From the NCBI GenBank assembly GCA_002633005.1, contig NMRA01000548.1, positions 62,001-126,000 on the forward strand: DNA of 64,000 nt, written 5' to 3'. How positions within the stretch are numbered: position 1 is the first letter of the stretch; each line of letters opens with the position of its first letter. Made by a program: the position numbers and the translations under genes. The notes beneath the pieces were generated by a model, which did no database searches, was not told where the DNA came from, and saw only the letters and a program-made list of their open reading frames with translations. This DNA is from Phoronis australis (lineage: Eukaryota > Animalia > Phoronida). This document shows, piece after piece, positions 39,307 to 54,400 of the stretch.

Positions 39307-42300
39307 CTAGGTGATACATCAAAACAATAGTTACATTATGAGACGGACCAATGGTCTCAGAGAATAAGGAACTGCCAGTTATTTGCAAACCCAGAAATCA
39401 CTTCTCATCTGACCAATTTTATAGCCGTAATTGGTCCCAATCAAAAGTTCACTTTTTGGTCGGAACTCTGGTTTATTTGACAGACGTTCAATCAAACATT
39501 GTTGTCGCTATATCAGGCGAGAATGTTTCAGTTTAACAGCTGATCTTCAAAAGCCAATAACGCTGATAGGGTACGAAGCAAAAGGTCATACAATTTAGTT
39601 TCGGCTTCCCCTGGCATGGCCCACTATAGTATGTGTGCGACTCGAACATTGTGATTGCCATCTGACAAAAGATTTTTTCCCAGCAAAACGGAACTTTTTT
39701 ACAACAGTATCTTTACCCATTTCAAGGTAAGAGCGAGTGCCGGAGACAAAAATTTTCTAAGACAATCTCGTCGTGCCATCTCTTGTCTTTCTGCTGCTAA
39801 AAGAGGAATGAAGCGAATGGGTATATTCTGTGATGCAGAGACAAGCGAGCTGTAAACAATTGTAAATAAAACAAAACTAAAATTACTAGGCAAGACGAGA
39901 AACATCTCACACCACGATCGCAAAGTGTTTAATATCAAAATTAAATGTAACATTCGCAATCAATCTTTAAGGGCTGAAATCAAACAAATAAACGCAAGAC
40001 TTATAAGTGTACCCCACATAGGTCCTCCATATGCCGGATGCTTTTTGGCAAATTATACATCACGTACTGATTAAACTATCTGTCATGTTGCAAAAAGTTT
40101 AGAAGTACCTTGTGTGCATAGAGGATTAATGCCTTGGAGGAAGTTAATATTTTTATTTGTTCCCAATAAACAAATACTCCTGCAATCCTGTTTTTCGAAC
40201 ACCCAGTCATTCAGTTGCCCAAATCAAAGCTGTTTGCGCCAGGGGATAATCAGAAGGCGTTATACTGTGGGTGTGATATGAAGCACTTTAAGTCAAAAAA
40301 TTTTGAGAAGGTGAAATGGAGTAGATGGTTGCAATCAACATGCCCAAGTGGCCGTCATCCCCTGCCGTAATCCTGGGACAGGGGGAACCTCTTTTCAGTT
40401 TTCGTAAACTTTAATTACATAGGTGGCAAGGCAAGTTTTTGTTGGACATTCAGGTACCCTCGAGTAAAAAAAACGGTCTGGTCGACATCCAGTGTCTTCC
40501 CAATTTCTGAAAGAGTGTTTTTGCATTCTGAGCTCGTTCCTAGTAGCAAAGACCGTAGTCGTAGATCGTCTTTGCTAGCACTGGCTAATTATATTTACAG
40601 ACGGGTTACCTGGTTAGTAGTCGCATGCGAGTCGTGCACGGTTTTGGGTTGAAAATGCCACTTTTTTATACTTTTACTCGGTTTTGGCATGTCCCTCTGG
40701 TTAGGTTTGCAGTGGGCATAAAAACGACAAAAACGTACTTTGAATGCAGCCGTTTGTAGACAAGATTGATGTATTGCCAGTACTTGCACATGTTTCATAT
40801 TTTGTGGTTTTGTTGTATCACAAAACTTAGGGACGTGACAGATAAGTTCACTTTACCTTTTTATCTTAAAAAGCATAAGGATTTTTATAATATTTTAAAA
40901 ATCTAAAAGCAAAATGAAAGGAACAAAGTCCGATTAGTCGTATATTTTTGATCGTTGTTTTATGGCCGATGATTAGCCTTTTGTTTTTGTTCACAGAATA
41001 CATTGGAATACTAGCACATTAGTGTGTCCGAAAATTAATTTTTTCCCAATAACTTTCTTTGTTGATGTTTCCAAAATGGCTTCCAAAATGGCTGCCAAGA
41101 ACGCTTCTTTAATGGCCACCGAAAAAATTATCCTGCCATGTAACATACCAAATAAAAGGTCTATTTATGAACTACCCGAATACGTTATTTGTTTTATCAA
41201 TCCAAGAATTTACCTTAATAGGAATGGCTGCCAAGATGGCTACCGAATAACTCTGACAAACATGAATTATGCACTTGATGTCCATCACATCATATCACAT
41301 ACAATAAGTGACCAAAATTCTTTTAACTGAAGAGCTCCCTCCAATACTATATAACATAACATTACTTTTTGCCTGTGTCATATCAATGATCTCATTGTCC
41401 ACAGCCATGTAATATTACCTAGATGTCATCTCTTATCATTACACTAACAACTGTCTGTTCTCAAGAATATCTTTTTGGCGATTCACCTATGAGTAAAAGG
41501 TTTTATTTGCAGAGCTTTGGTCTTGAGAAAACATTTGAGTTCTTGGATCGTTTTCTTGTACTTTATCTTCTCAGCAAACTTCTTTTGTAACACACTGTAC
41601 ATGTAACCGTCTCTTTGGTTTTGTTTCCTAGGCGTGCGGGCTTTTCGATAACAGGAATCTGTTGAAGTCAGCGACAATTAATCAAGTGAATGACCAAATT
41701 CAGGTTCTATTTCTGTTACCTCGCAAGATACAGGTTCTTCACTGGGGTCAGGAACAAGACGCAATAGCTCTTAGGACACTTAGCTTTCATTTGACAGTGA
41801 CTGGTACCAGAAATCTAATGTTATTTAGTAACTTTCCAGTTGCCACTGAGTTTGCCAATAAAAAAGCATATCTGTTATTATGGCACTGTAGGTACAAATG
41901 GAGGGCACGACCATTTCTAAGTTTTCACGTGGAGCAGAGCTGAAATTTCCTTGAAGAAACTGTCTCTTTGTCAGGTTGGGTTGGAACAACTAACAGTCTT
42001 CTTTTTAGGAGGCATCTTGAAAACATATAATAAGAGATACGAAAATTTTTGTTGAATCGCTTCTCAGAGTCCCATCAAATAAAAATATAATATTCATAAC
42101 CTATTAAAACTGGATCACAGAAATTTAACAGTTTCGTAATATTATTTATAACCGAGTTAAACTTCAAACTTTGTGACTACGTATAGACATATACATATAC
42201 TAATTAAAGTATGTTATTTATAATGTGCTTTTATTTATCACTTTTTCCATTAAAAAAGTATAACCGTCTCCTTTTGAGAATAAGGATAATGTCAAGAACT

Positions 42301-43741
42301 TACAAATCATGACAATAACAATTCTTTCGTTATATAGAGGCCAACATGGTCGAAACAGAGACGACCGGTTTTAAATTGGCGGCTTGGACAGCACGTCCAA
42401 GAGAGAAAATAGAGGTCCTGTTTCAAGACAACCTTGGTGAGAACGAAGAACTTTAACATTTCTGATAATTACCAGCTATTTTTACCAAATGTCGGCAAAT
42501 GCTATCAGTCTTGTAAACTTTTGATAAGTAGAAAATGGCAATTGAACATTTGTTTTCTATTTTTGTTACAAATTGAATATTTACCATTAAAAAAATTTGC
42601 GTTTTGTCTGTTCTACAATGAAAAATAATCATTATTTTTTCAAGAATGTCACTGTTATTGAAAATTTACACATTGTTATTTCATTTCATGTTCAAAATAA
42701 ATGTGAAATATTTCAGTTAATGAAGATAACTAACAGAAAGGCCTGCATTGTAAACAGCAACAGGAAACTTGCTATTTGAAATCGACTATCGCCATTACGC
42801 AATACTGGTCAAAGATACAATTTCGTGACGTTCCTACTCTTGAGGAACTGATTTGTTCTTGCAGCACACTTAATTCACAAACTTGTCCTATGTTTGACAG
42901 CGATGCACCTCGCTTAACACCGTATGTTGGTGTTAAGCTTTGTATTAGCCGCCAGGCGTCTCTGGTGTTTAACCTCTCCGCACTGGCTGGAGACGCGTTC
43001 CAGAGCGTCCATGTTGGTGGACTGTTTACGTTCACTTGTTAGGGACATTTGCGTTGTCTTTGAGCGAACTAACACCATAGGCATCTTGGATAAATCTGAT
43101 CTGTGGAAATGTTTTCTTTTCTTCTATTAACTGCTGGATGACTGGTAAAAAATCTTCAAGCGCGGACATAAAGTCAGGGTGTTGCGTTACTATACATTCC
43201 AGCTTGCGTTACAGGCAACCCTACTGGTTGACGCGTGGGCGACCTTATATTATTTTAGACGCATTTTGATTAGATGCCTGTCAGCCAATCGCAGCGATGT
43301 TGGAATTAGAAGCACGTGTCATAGAATATTGAACGCGGATTTTTAGTTCCATTGTTCAGTTTAGAAGGAAATTGAACCATGAAGTGTTGACTCATTGTTC
43401 TACTTTTAAATTCTGTTTTAAGATCGGAAATTTGAACTACGAAATATTAACCATTATTTCACGTTTGATAATGAATTCAATCTTGGAGGTGGAAAGCAGC
43501 ACACGGCCTTATCCGATTCGTATGCACATGTATCAATTTATGGGAAACTGTATTATATTAACCATTATCTTCAGTTTCATTATTCATTTCTAACTGCATT
43601 TTTCAAATGGAAAGTGCCATAAGTATTGAGGGGTTCTATCGATCGATCTCTTCTCCAACACCATCAGTAGCTAGTAGAGCGAAACAGTTGACTGCCTACT
43701 GACGTATAACTACTCATTGACTTCAGCACATTAACCTTCAA

Positions 43742-46700
43742 ATGTTTCGTCAACAACCAAAATTCGTTTTTCTTTTTGTATTTGTCGCATTTTGCGAAGC
43801 AAATGAAATGTGGTTTGAGAAGCGCGAGAACCTGAAGGCAACAAGTTGTCCAGTGAGAACGAGCACCCCTACACTCACTCTATGCTTCGCGGGTTGTTTG
43901 GAACAGAACCGTGGTGAACCCGGGAAGTGTGTGGTTATTAACTTTAACGAGAACTCGTCAGCTTGTGACTTGTGTGATATAAACAGCAAACTCACACCCC
44001 TTCAGTCGATATGGCAAACTTGGATCTCTGTACCAGTTGAAGAAACAATCAAGCTGATTGCGGGTGAGAAGACATCATATGTTGAATGTTTTGCTTAACG
44101 ATAAACTAATTACATATATCGTATATTTCAAATCTATGTTCACACGTCATGTAGTCAGTGCATTATTTTCAAATCAGTCTTCATAGGCCCTTTTTTTCTC
44201 GCACTGTTACCTTTAGTTGAACTGTAAAACAATTAATGTTCATCTTTCCCAAAATGAAAGAGAAGACACGTCCAATCATCATGCGTTCTGTTTAAAGTCA
44301 GTTCTAACATGGAAGTACTGGACCAGTACTGTGCGTACTGCACCGCACACCAGCTGAGGGCCAAAAATCCGTGCACATAGGCCACAATACTGACTCTGTG
44401 CCGTTACCAGTACTAGGCCAGTATTGGGCCAATACCAAGGCAATACCGGGCCACAATATTTTCACATTTATTGGGCCGTTTTTAGGCCAGTACCAAATAC
44501 AATGGTGACCCGGTACACTTCCAGTACTGGGCCAGTATAACTATTCATAACATTTCTGAACCAGGTGAATAACTTAAATGCAGTGCTGGTCTGGTATAAA
44601 ATCTGTAGCGAGCCAGGATCAATACGTAATGCACTGGATCAGTACCTAATTTCCACTACTGGGTCATAATGTGAACTGTATGGCGCTTGTACAAGGCCAG
44701 TGCAGCTCTGTGCTATTATTCCAACTGAAATGCGTCATTAAGGTCTCGTGACTAGAAACTCAAGAAGTCATGCCCGTTTCCATTCAGTATTGAAATATTT
44801 TTACAGGTACGTACCGTTTTTGTTCTGGTAATGAAGACTGAAAATCAAAAATCAATCTTTACTATATATAGTCCGGATACCTATCGTCGTCATGCTCCAA
44901 AGGTCGTCCGCCATCTTCTTTCGCGTGCAGCGCAGCCACGCGGGACTTAGCGTTCCAATTTGGAGTGCTCGTCTGCACGTTAGGTACTAACCTCTCGGGA
45001 GAAACACGCATGGAAGAACTGAGACTAAAATTAATGCATTTACCGACTGTTTTTTTGAGACCACTTAAAAACTTGTAGATTTTACTAATGCACTTTTTTG
45101 TTCATTTTCAGAAGATATTTTCGAAATTAAATTTTCTTCAGACGGAACAAAAAGCAACCCAGGAATTGTTTATGCAATCTATTTGTCCCAGGCACTAACC
45201 GACACCTGTTAGGCCAAAGGAAAAACGCAGCAGACAAATGGAACACGCTGGGTGCTTAAAAGTTTCGGCCCACGCCTTGGTCATCAAAATATTGTCCACT
45301 TGTTTTTTATTGCAAAACAAAGTACTGAGCTCAACATTTATGTTGAAATTTTTGGTTAAAGCATTTTGAATTTATTTGAAGAAAATTAAAATACTTGAAT
45401 TGATAGAGAATGGCCACCAATAAAGTAAAACATTGACTTTATTTCACTATATTGCATTGTTACATACAACACAGCATGACATAATCCAAAATAATAGAAG
45501 AGATTGAGCAATAAAATTCAAATGCAACTTGGGTATTTATTTATTTATTTATGATTGTAGAAGTCTGTTAAAGATGAGAAAAAATCAAACAATACGATTA
45601 TGGGTAATTTATTAGAACAATTGTATTGAGGTTCAATGATCAACTTGCGACAACAAAGTCTCAAAGGGTTATAGTTCTGTTCTGGCTGACAAGGTGTTAA
45701 CAGAGAATGAAGAGAAACTGAAAAGAAAAAGAAAGACAGCAGAGATAAGTGGTGTTAAGTACAACAAGAGCAAAAAGTCAAATAAAGAGGTCACAAACAG
45801 AAAATAAATAAGGTCTATCTGGAATAAAACAACTAGGGCTCAGCCGCGATTTATTTTCCAGAACTGAAATTCTAAATCAATTTTAATCGACTTAAAAATC
45901 GATATCATACTAGTAAAGCAGTTCGTGGTTGAAGTAGAATTGCTGTAAACCACTTTCCACTATTTTCTTGGCCTTTTTCTGTGTGGTTTTATGTTCTTTC
46001 AAAAGGCGGCAGCATATGACGACCATAGAAGTCATTATATAATGGCTGCCGAAAAGCAATGCACAGCTGAACAACTCGTCATAAGTAAAAGGAAACGTTT
46101 GAATCAACGAATACTATATATTTGTGAGAGTTAAATCCTTTTCAGATCATAACTTTGAAGTGGAATAATTGGGTGAGTACGACAACAAGCCAGTTTTATG
46201 CTTAGGCGGACGACCATTGGGTTCCCGAGTATACACATTTATTGCCAGAGTTGATGTTTTCCCCCAAAATGACAAATTTCTGTCATTAAAAGTCGTTTTT
46301 CTCACAGGTCTTCTTCTGGGTTTTGCTCTTCCACTTGCTACTGGAGCTCTTTCTTCTCCCACAACTTCTTCATCAGGTGCACTTTTGGGTCAGACGCCCA
46401 CCATTCTCTTTATATCCGCATGCAGTTTACAGCAGCTTCTGAACTGCGAAATGTAAAATTAACACAAGTTTAAATTGTAGTAGTTTCAGATGTGAGTGAA
46501 AGCACGTGTGGTTGCAGATGTGAGTGTCGCGCGTTAATTACACTACGACCGAGCCTTCGCTCCTGTTTTACCACCGTAATCGATATACACGTATCCAATG
46601 AGAAATTGGTCTGTAGGTCACGTGAGCTCTGAAGCAGCTGTGCGCTCGTAACTTTCCGCTCGTATTTTTCACTCGTAATTTTACAAAATATTACGCTCGA

Positions 46701-48382
46701 AATGTTCAGAAGGTAAAATCTCAAGTGGCAGTGTATACAAGTGCAAAAGATGGAAAAATCGAAGACTGGGTGATTTCATTAATTGCTGCCCTAGCCATCC
46801 AAGGCATTTGAAAGTGGACCGTTGTGATACATAATAAAGTGCCGAAATGTATATCTATCAGGTTGTTTGCAAATGCATTTATTTTATTTGTTAATGCTTT
46901 TTAATACTTAGGCCAAGTTAAATTCTCTTCTTCTTAACAGAACGTGCAGAGGACATATGGCATTGCAAAGAACATAGACAAAATCGGTTTTCGGAGGGTA
47001 ATGAACTGTAGTAGAATGTCTAAATGTTGGAAGTAAATCACTTTATTTAAAACATTTGGTCTAGCGGACTACTTTTTAAAGTTTCGAGCACACAATTATG
47101 AATGAAAAATACCAGCGTAAAATTGCGAGCGAAAACTATGAGCTTTAATCTTGTTGAGAGCTGACTTTACCTTCAAACCATTTCACATTGGATGTAACGA
47201 TTTCGGTAGTAAAACACGATCGAAATCTCGGTCGGATTTACGCTCGTAATTCATGAAGCGAAAACGAAAGTTTAATGTAGAAACAATTATGCTGCTATCA
47301 ATGTCATTTCTTTTTGCATAAAGTTACTAAAAACACATGGTCAAGTGACCCAATTAATGGTAGATTGGTAAATAGTCAAAAATAACATTTTACAGGCTTT
47401 TTGTTTTCAGAATATTTGTACTTTTTCTGAGTTAAAATGTATAGTTTTGCAGATTATTTTCTAATTGCAACAACACTTTTTCTCCAACACAATTAAGGTC
47501 CCATAGAACCTCAACTGGAACAAAACACGCTACTCGTCGTAAACCCCACGGGTTCATTTTATCATTTTAAATTCATAAACAACATAAGGAACTTTTCAAA
47601 TAAGATCTTACAGTAAATGACTTTGTACAGGCAACAAATCATTCTAAGACCCAGACTGCGACAAACTAACTCATTTTCTATTCTACCTTCCCTCAGTCAT
47701 GCCTTCAGGACCGTAATCAAAGAAACAAATTGCATTAGTAACTGGAATTTTCTTAGGAACTAAACTAAAAGGAACCAATATCAATCGTCTCACTCAAACA
47801 TAACTTCAAACGGCATACCACTGTTATAGACATGACGGTGCCCTTAGCATTATATCAACGTCCCCTCAATCTTATGAAATTACCTAATACTGATCAAGCT
47901 CATATTTTCCTTAAAATAAGAGTGGCATACCTAGACACAATTTTAGAAACTCTCCAGCACTATGTTGCTGCGGAGTATTCCAGACTTTTGGCCATATCTT
48001 CTTTACGACATTAGTTTTTGGCCACATGTATAATAGGCATTTTAAAAAACGAAATGTTGATCGTGAACTTCGTAATCATTTGCCTCGTTAGCTTCCTATT
48101 ACGTCTACTATAACTCCACAGTTATCGAAGACCAGAGAACAGGTTTTTCAAGATGCTCTGATATTCACAACGTTTACTCAGAATTCCTCAAAGTTCTTGA
48201 TAATTTTTTAAAGGTATATAATTTAATTCCACTGAAATATGGACACCGGTATATTCGAAGAACTTGCTAAATGTGGAATGATTGACTACATGAACTGATG
48301 TAAATTATTCCTTATGTGTATTTTGTATTCCATATTGTATTTTTGATCTGTATTCAAAATTCATGTATAAACATGAGTTATT

Positions 48383-48444
<62 letters not shown>

Positions 48445-51400
48445 CACACGCACACACACACACACACACACCCCACACACACATACACACCCACACACAC
48501 ACACACACGCACACGCGCGCGGCGCGCACACATCCGAAATTGTGAAGAGTATGCCGTAATTCACAGATTGTGCGGAGTGGTACTACCTTGGCAGCCGAAT
48601 CAGTGGTGTGTACAGCATCTTCAATAGCGATGGCCGAGTGGTGTCAGTCTATTGTGACATGGAAACGGAAGGAGGAGGGTGGATGGTTAGTGCAATTTTC
48701 GAATATATTATTCCAGATTCAAACAGCGGAGCTCGACCACTTCATTCGAGCATTCGGGATTTATTGTCCAATATGAAAGCCGGATGAAAATTTTGTTGGA
48801 AACGACGAGGTTGGGAAAGTAGCAACATGGTTTGAATTTTTAGCACGCCATTAAAACGCCTTTTAAAGTAGACGCCGATAGCAATACTTTAACAACTAAG
48901 TTCAATGAGGGTTGTATCATACATTTTACCAGGTGAATTTATTTTTACATAAAATTTAATTTTCTACCTTTTCGAACTAGCGTCAATCCTAAGTACTGTG
49001 AGGGCATGAAGAATAATTGGCATTCAATGGATGTTATTTATTCAACTCGATCTGAAGCCGCAAAGGAAACCCGTCCATTCCAATTGTTTGGGTCCCTCCT
49101 TTACATCTCCAGCTCTTCACAATCCGAGTTTCATACCGAATAATAAAACCTGGCGATAAATCATCAAAATGGCTCTTATGAGAAATATGCCATCAATAAA
49201 ACTGAAAAATTCTCAAAATCTTGTATGATCTAAAAGTACGTAATGTGATTAATTTCAGGTGTTTCAAAGACGACTGAACGGCTCTCAAGACTTTTTCCTC
49301 TCCTGGAATGAGTACAAACAAGGATTCGGTTCAGCTTACCATGAATATTGGCTGGGTATGTTATGGAGGAAACTATGTTATCGTTATCAAATAAACATGC
49401 GTAGATGTATCTAAACTATCCTGCTCTCTTGTGCCAACGGTTCAAGCCCCTGTAATTAAAGTTACATACTGAATATTACAGTTTCGCGTAAAACTACAAC
49501 AATGGTTCCTACAACGCTATATACCTTTCACTAGAAGGAAATATGTTTACACTATTCATATTTTACGAGATCTGGTCCTAATATCTAATTTCCGTTCTTG
49601 AAATCGAACTCGAGTTATACCTGTCGTTGAGTTGCCGACGGCGACGTCGCTGTTGTTGTCAATGACAGCGCCATCGGCCATGTCTTGGTAGTCGTTGGTG
49701 TTCTTGCTTTCGTCATCGACCTCAGTTCTAAGTTCTACATTCGATTTCGCTAAGTGTAATTCCTTTGAGCGCATTTGTTTTTGTCTGTTTGTTTTCACAC
49801 TACATGTTGCATTTTTCTTTAGATAGACATGAAACTCATACTCGTCATTTACCTTGTTAAGAGCTTAATGCCTGTTGGTTTTAAGACTTAAAACCAACAC
49901 TTAGGAATATCGAACAAAAAGTGGCCCTGTGACGGCTACATTTCAGTGGTAGTTTTTAGGATTCATGTGAAATTTGGTGCTTGGGAAGATCTCTTGAAGC
50001 TCTTCGGAATGATTTAAATCTTGTCTCGCTATATGTCCTATTCTTCTTGTTACTTGATTTTCTCCAATGATTGATTGACGTGCATTAGCTGTGACTTCTC
50101 GGCCGGTCTGAAAGTTGATAGGTATGCCTAAATAGACCTCATCATGTGCCACATAGAGAATCCTACACAAGTCTCAGGTTTATGACATGGGCAAAACCTC
50201 TTTGAAATTTCGTCGAAATCCCGAGACTTCTCACATGAACCGTAAAAGCGATATTTTTGCCTAAAAACTCGACGTGTCTAAGACTTTCAACAGCATGACG
50301 CAACTTTTGTAAAAACATGCCTGTGCAATGTAAAGAAAACTCAGTTGCTCTTTTTTAACACTTTTATATTAAACTGAACAATTATAAATTGCATTCAGCT
50401 TTCGTCACCAACTGTTCAAGTTAGAATATAATAAATAGTCGATGAAGTTGTTATACTTTAAACTTAACAAATACAGTCAGCAGGGATGCCCCGCGCGTGA
50501 GCAGTGAATTGACCTTGACTGAGACAACACAGCTAGACCGTCTCATCGCGTTTCTAGAGTTGAGGTTCGTCTCCGTTTGAATTAACGAGGATATGGAATT
50601 TCCGCCCCCGAAGATGGGCCCGTGTAAGAAGTTGTTTTTCATGTCTTTCCGACTGGAAGCACGTACAGTTGTGACACCCGATTTTTAGTCACAACCTAGT
50701 CCAATTCATGTAATTCCGGAATTGTTTTGTTGGCGCGCGTTTGGTTGTTGGTATAAGTGTTTTGCAGACGATAACATCATAGACTATAGTACATGGACCA
50801 CTAACTCCGCCGTATACGTTCAATGGAGGAAATCTGTGGTCTCACGCACAAGCCGTTACGTCATTATTCACTAGCGCCATCTGGCCAAATTATCGAGTAT
50901 TTCTGCTAATCGTTGTCGTTGTCGGCTGTTGTGTGGTCGAGTGGTAGTAGCATTGCTAAAAGTACTCACGATACCAACAATTCTACTATTGGAAGACTTT
51001 GAACAGCGTTTGAATGCCGAAATTAATTTTTTTCGTTGTATTGAACAGTAAAATAGACGCGAGAATTTTCCGTCACAATACACTAACCGCAAACTGAAAC
51101 AGACAATGCAAGAGAGTGGTGTCTCCTCTAGGACAGTACACAAGAAAATATCGGAGTTGCGAATCAGTTATCTATGATAAAATGTAAAGCGATAGATTTC
51201 TACTTTGCACTACTTTGTGATTTGCCTATGTAATATCAAAAAATTACGTACTCGGTGTTATTAACCAGTCATGTCGTAACACATTTTAGGTCTTGTGAGA
51301 AAAAAGTTTCCAGCTTTGACTTACTGTTTCTCGTGATATTCGAAGTTTACTGGTGACGTCCCACACTCGATCATTTCTCACACTTCAGCGCAGTCACACG

Positions 51401-54400
51401 TCTAAGAGTTCCAGAGCAATGTAGGTCCTACACCGTCCTGTTATTCTATGAAATTTGCACACATGTGCCGAGTTACTGGCTCAAATTAGACGCAAAATGA
51501 TGTTTTTGCAGCCATTTTTCAAATTTTCGATTTGCAGAGTCATTCTCCGGCATCCTTTGATGGACCTTTCTGGATTGTGGATAATTCTTCCCAAGTACTA
51601 TCTAAAATACACCATCATTTTTTGCCACGGCTTACCATTCTCGAGTTTTCAACTTGTGTTAAATTTATTGAGTTTTTCGTGCTGTGTATCCGCCATCTCT
51701 ATACAGATTGTTGTAAAATTTAGTTACTGGTTAGATGTTGACAAGCATCATCTGCGGTATACACATATTTTTTACTCCGTTCTTTGACATTTAATGGTCA
51801 GATGACCTCATTTATTGACTATCCCACGTGCTGCAGGTTGTAGTTTTCATCCTATCGATATACAATTCACGTATTGTATCGGTGATTAAAATCTTCAAGC
51901 AATAAGCTGACTCATTTGTCATAGATAAAGGCATATCAAAAGAAAAAATGTCTACATACCAGCGTGTTCGATCCAACTCTGTTGAATTGATTTGTTGGAA
52001 TAACCATTGTAGGAAATGATGAACTTCATTACGTCACCAGCAGATCAACTGTTTACGAACTTAGGATTGACCTGGAAGACTTCGAAAACACCACGGTTTT
52101 CGCGCTCTACAAAGAATTTCGTGTGGCAAGCGAGGACCACATGTATCGGCTAACTGTTAACGGATATGACGAGATCAGCACCTCAGGTTAGAAGTTATAT
52201 CTGCAAAACCTGGTTGATTAAACTTCTTAAGCCTGCCGCAGCTGCGTCATCACAAAAATCAGTTTTTATTCCTAGTGTTTCTGTGTAATAGTATAATTTG
52301 TATATGGTTATTCAGTCACGGTGGACATAGCTGCAGAGAAACCGGCAGCTTGAGTGACTGCACAATAAATAAGTATCTAAGCATTTGCTTCTGTTCTATC
52401 TTGAAAGTCCAGAAAGTGACTTGGTATTCATCTTATCTAGAACTGAAGACGGTATTTTGTTTTCATTGGTAATTCTAGGAATGTGAAAACGTAAATCAGA
52501 CCCATAGGAAGGCAAAAATTTCACGGAGTGGGCCTAGGGCCAACGCACTGACGGGTAACTGAGAGATGACTCAAGTATCTGTAGCTAAGATCTAACTGTG
52601 AAAATACGAAATTCGATGAACTAAAGCTCAGCTATGATGCACTTGAGACAGGCAGCTTAACTCGCACCTATCCACCTGCGTTGGCTCTTAGGTCAGGATT
52701 CGTTTTTGTTATGATACTGTTTCGGGAGAAGTTCGTTTTATTTTTTCATTCTTTGTAGGAAGTTTTTGAAATGGTGAAGTCCCGAGGTCCGTAGTATAGT
52801 GCCTTTGGGGCTGTTCAAAATCCCTCGTTGAAACACGGTCGGTAGCCCAATTTCTGGTGGCGGGGGAAAATGATAGAGAGTGTGTCCCAAAATATACACA
52901 CTTCAACGCTTGGAGTTCAAATTCAGTTCCCGTGGATGACTCAGATTCTTCGCCGGTCTACTGCATGGTTACACCTTATTTTTAACATGAGTGTGTCAGT
53001 CATGAGGCGCTCTGTCCGTGTAGTATGCACGGGAAAGACAAGCCAACGATTCAATTTTGAAGAACAAAATTTCATTGCGCAATACTACTGGAAAGTAAGA
53101 ACATCACGGAAGTGCAAAGACAACCATTCCAAGTTAACAAGCAATGAGTTTAATTTTATTTATTTAAGGTCTTAAACTTATTTTTCGATCAACGGTTTGT
53201 GAATTAACTAATCGATCACACTGTAAGTCAATAAACAATTTACTGCCATTTGAATTGTGAGAACATTCTGCTACACTTTGTAGAGCTGTCCGACATTCAT
53301 CAGTATCATTGAGACTTATTTCAGACAGACAAAAATCGTTCAGTGCACTTTGATATTTGGGGATCTGGTAATTGATCGAGATTTCCCAAATGTCAGCTTG
53401 CATCTAAGTTCAGTGAAGCATTGCCATTTCTTACAAGATTAGCTTCTAATTGTCAAAAAATCATCTGTCAATCAGTCGAATTTCGCAGACACATAAACGT
53501 GCGAACCAGAAGACAACAATCCATTCCATGAGTAATGCCTTTACCTTGATTTAATTTCTTAATTCCTCTTTGTTCCCCCGTTTGTGAGTTTAAACGACAA
53601 ATCTTGTACCTAATTCAAAAAGCAACGCATTTATTGTCATTTAAATTGTGATTATGTTTTTGGGTACTGTCCGATTTTCATCAATGTCTTTGAGAGATAG
53701 TTTAGATAAGCAAAAAAGCGCCTAAGTGTACTTTACTCTTTGGAGATCGGATTATAGAGTTTTTCGAACTTCAGACTGCCACTAACTTCACTGAAACATC
53801 ATCAATTCGTACAAGATTAGCTTTTAATTGATCAAAAATAATCAAGCTGTCGATTTTCGTAGATACATAAACACGTAAATCAGAAACCAACGAATTTGTT
53901 TATCAAAACTTAATACTATAAGAAATTTTCGCAGGCATGCTCGCAGATTTTGACGGGTGACCAGAGGAACATGGCAGATGAGACTTTCGAATTAAGGTGT
54001 ATTTTTGCTCATTTCAGAGGTACCTACATATGTAACGGTAAACTATTAATACTTGAACTCCAAAAAGTTGAAATCTTTGTTTATGATTGCAAGCACTTTG
54101 AGTACTCCCGTTCGACATGTACACGGTCATCACAAACCGTACTCCTGACAGTCTTTTCGACATGTGCAAATTCCTTTCAAAAAACTCCCAGTAACGATCT
54201 TCAAAAATACTATTCTCGTGATAACATGGTAAAAAAGTAACCTTATTTCATAAATAACCCACGGAAATAACCATTTTGTGTAATTCGCAAACAGTGGTCT
54301 TCACGTTGTTTAAAATTCCACCTTTTCGATGGCGGTCAATCATATTGTAATTTTTGAGTATAGAGGGACAAAGGTACAATTCCCCCCTACCGCCCCACCG

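Noticed and set aside
44312-44705. CRISPR-like array
   Set aside because: Eukaryotic context, short degenerate motifs in both orientations, and no regular repeat-spacer period.
48316-48627. His/Thr-rich and Cys/Val-rich ORFs
   Set aside because: Translations of the (CA)n microsatellite.
49440-51900. Nested gene in the FReD intron (ORFs 49556-49798, 50871-51143, 51455-51787)
   Set aside because: No recognisable domain or consistent exon chain; probably decayed repeats that I cannot classify.
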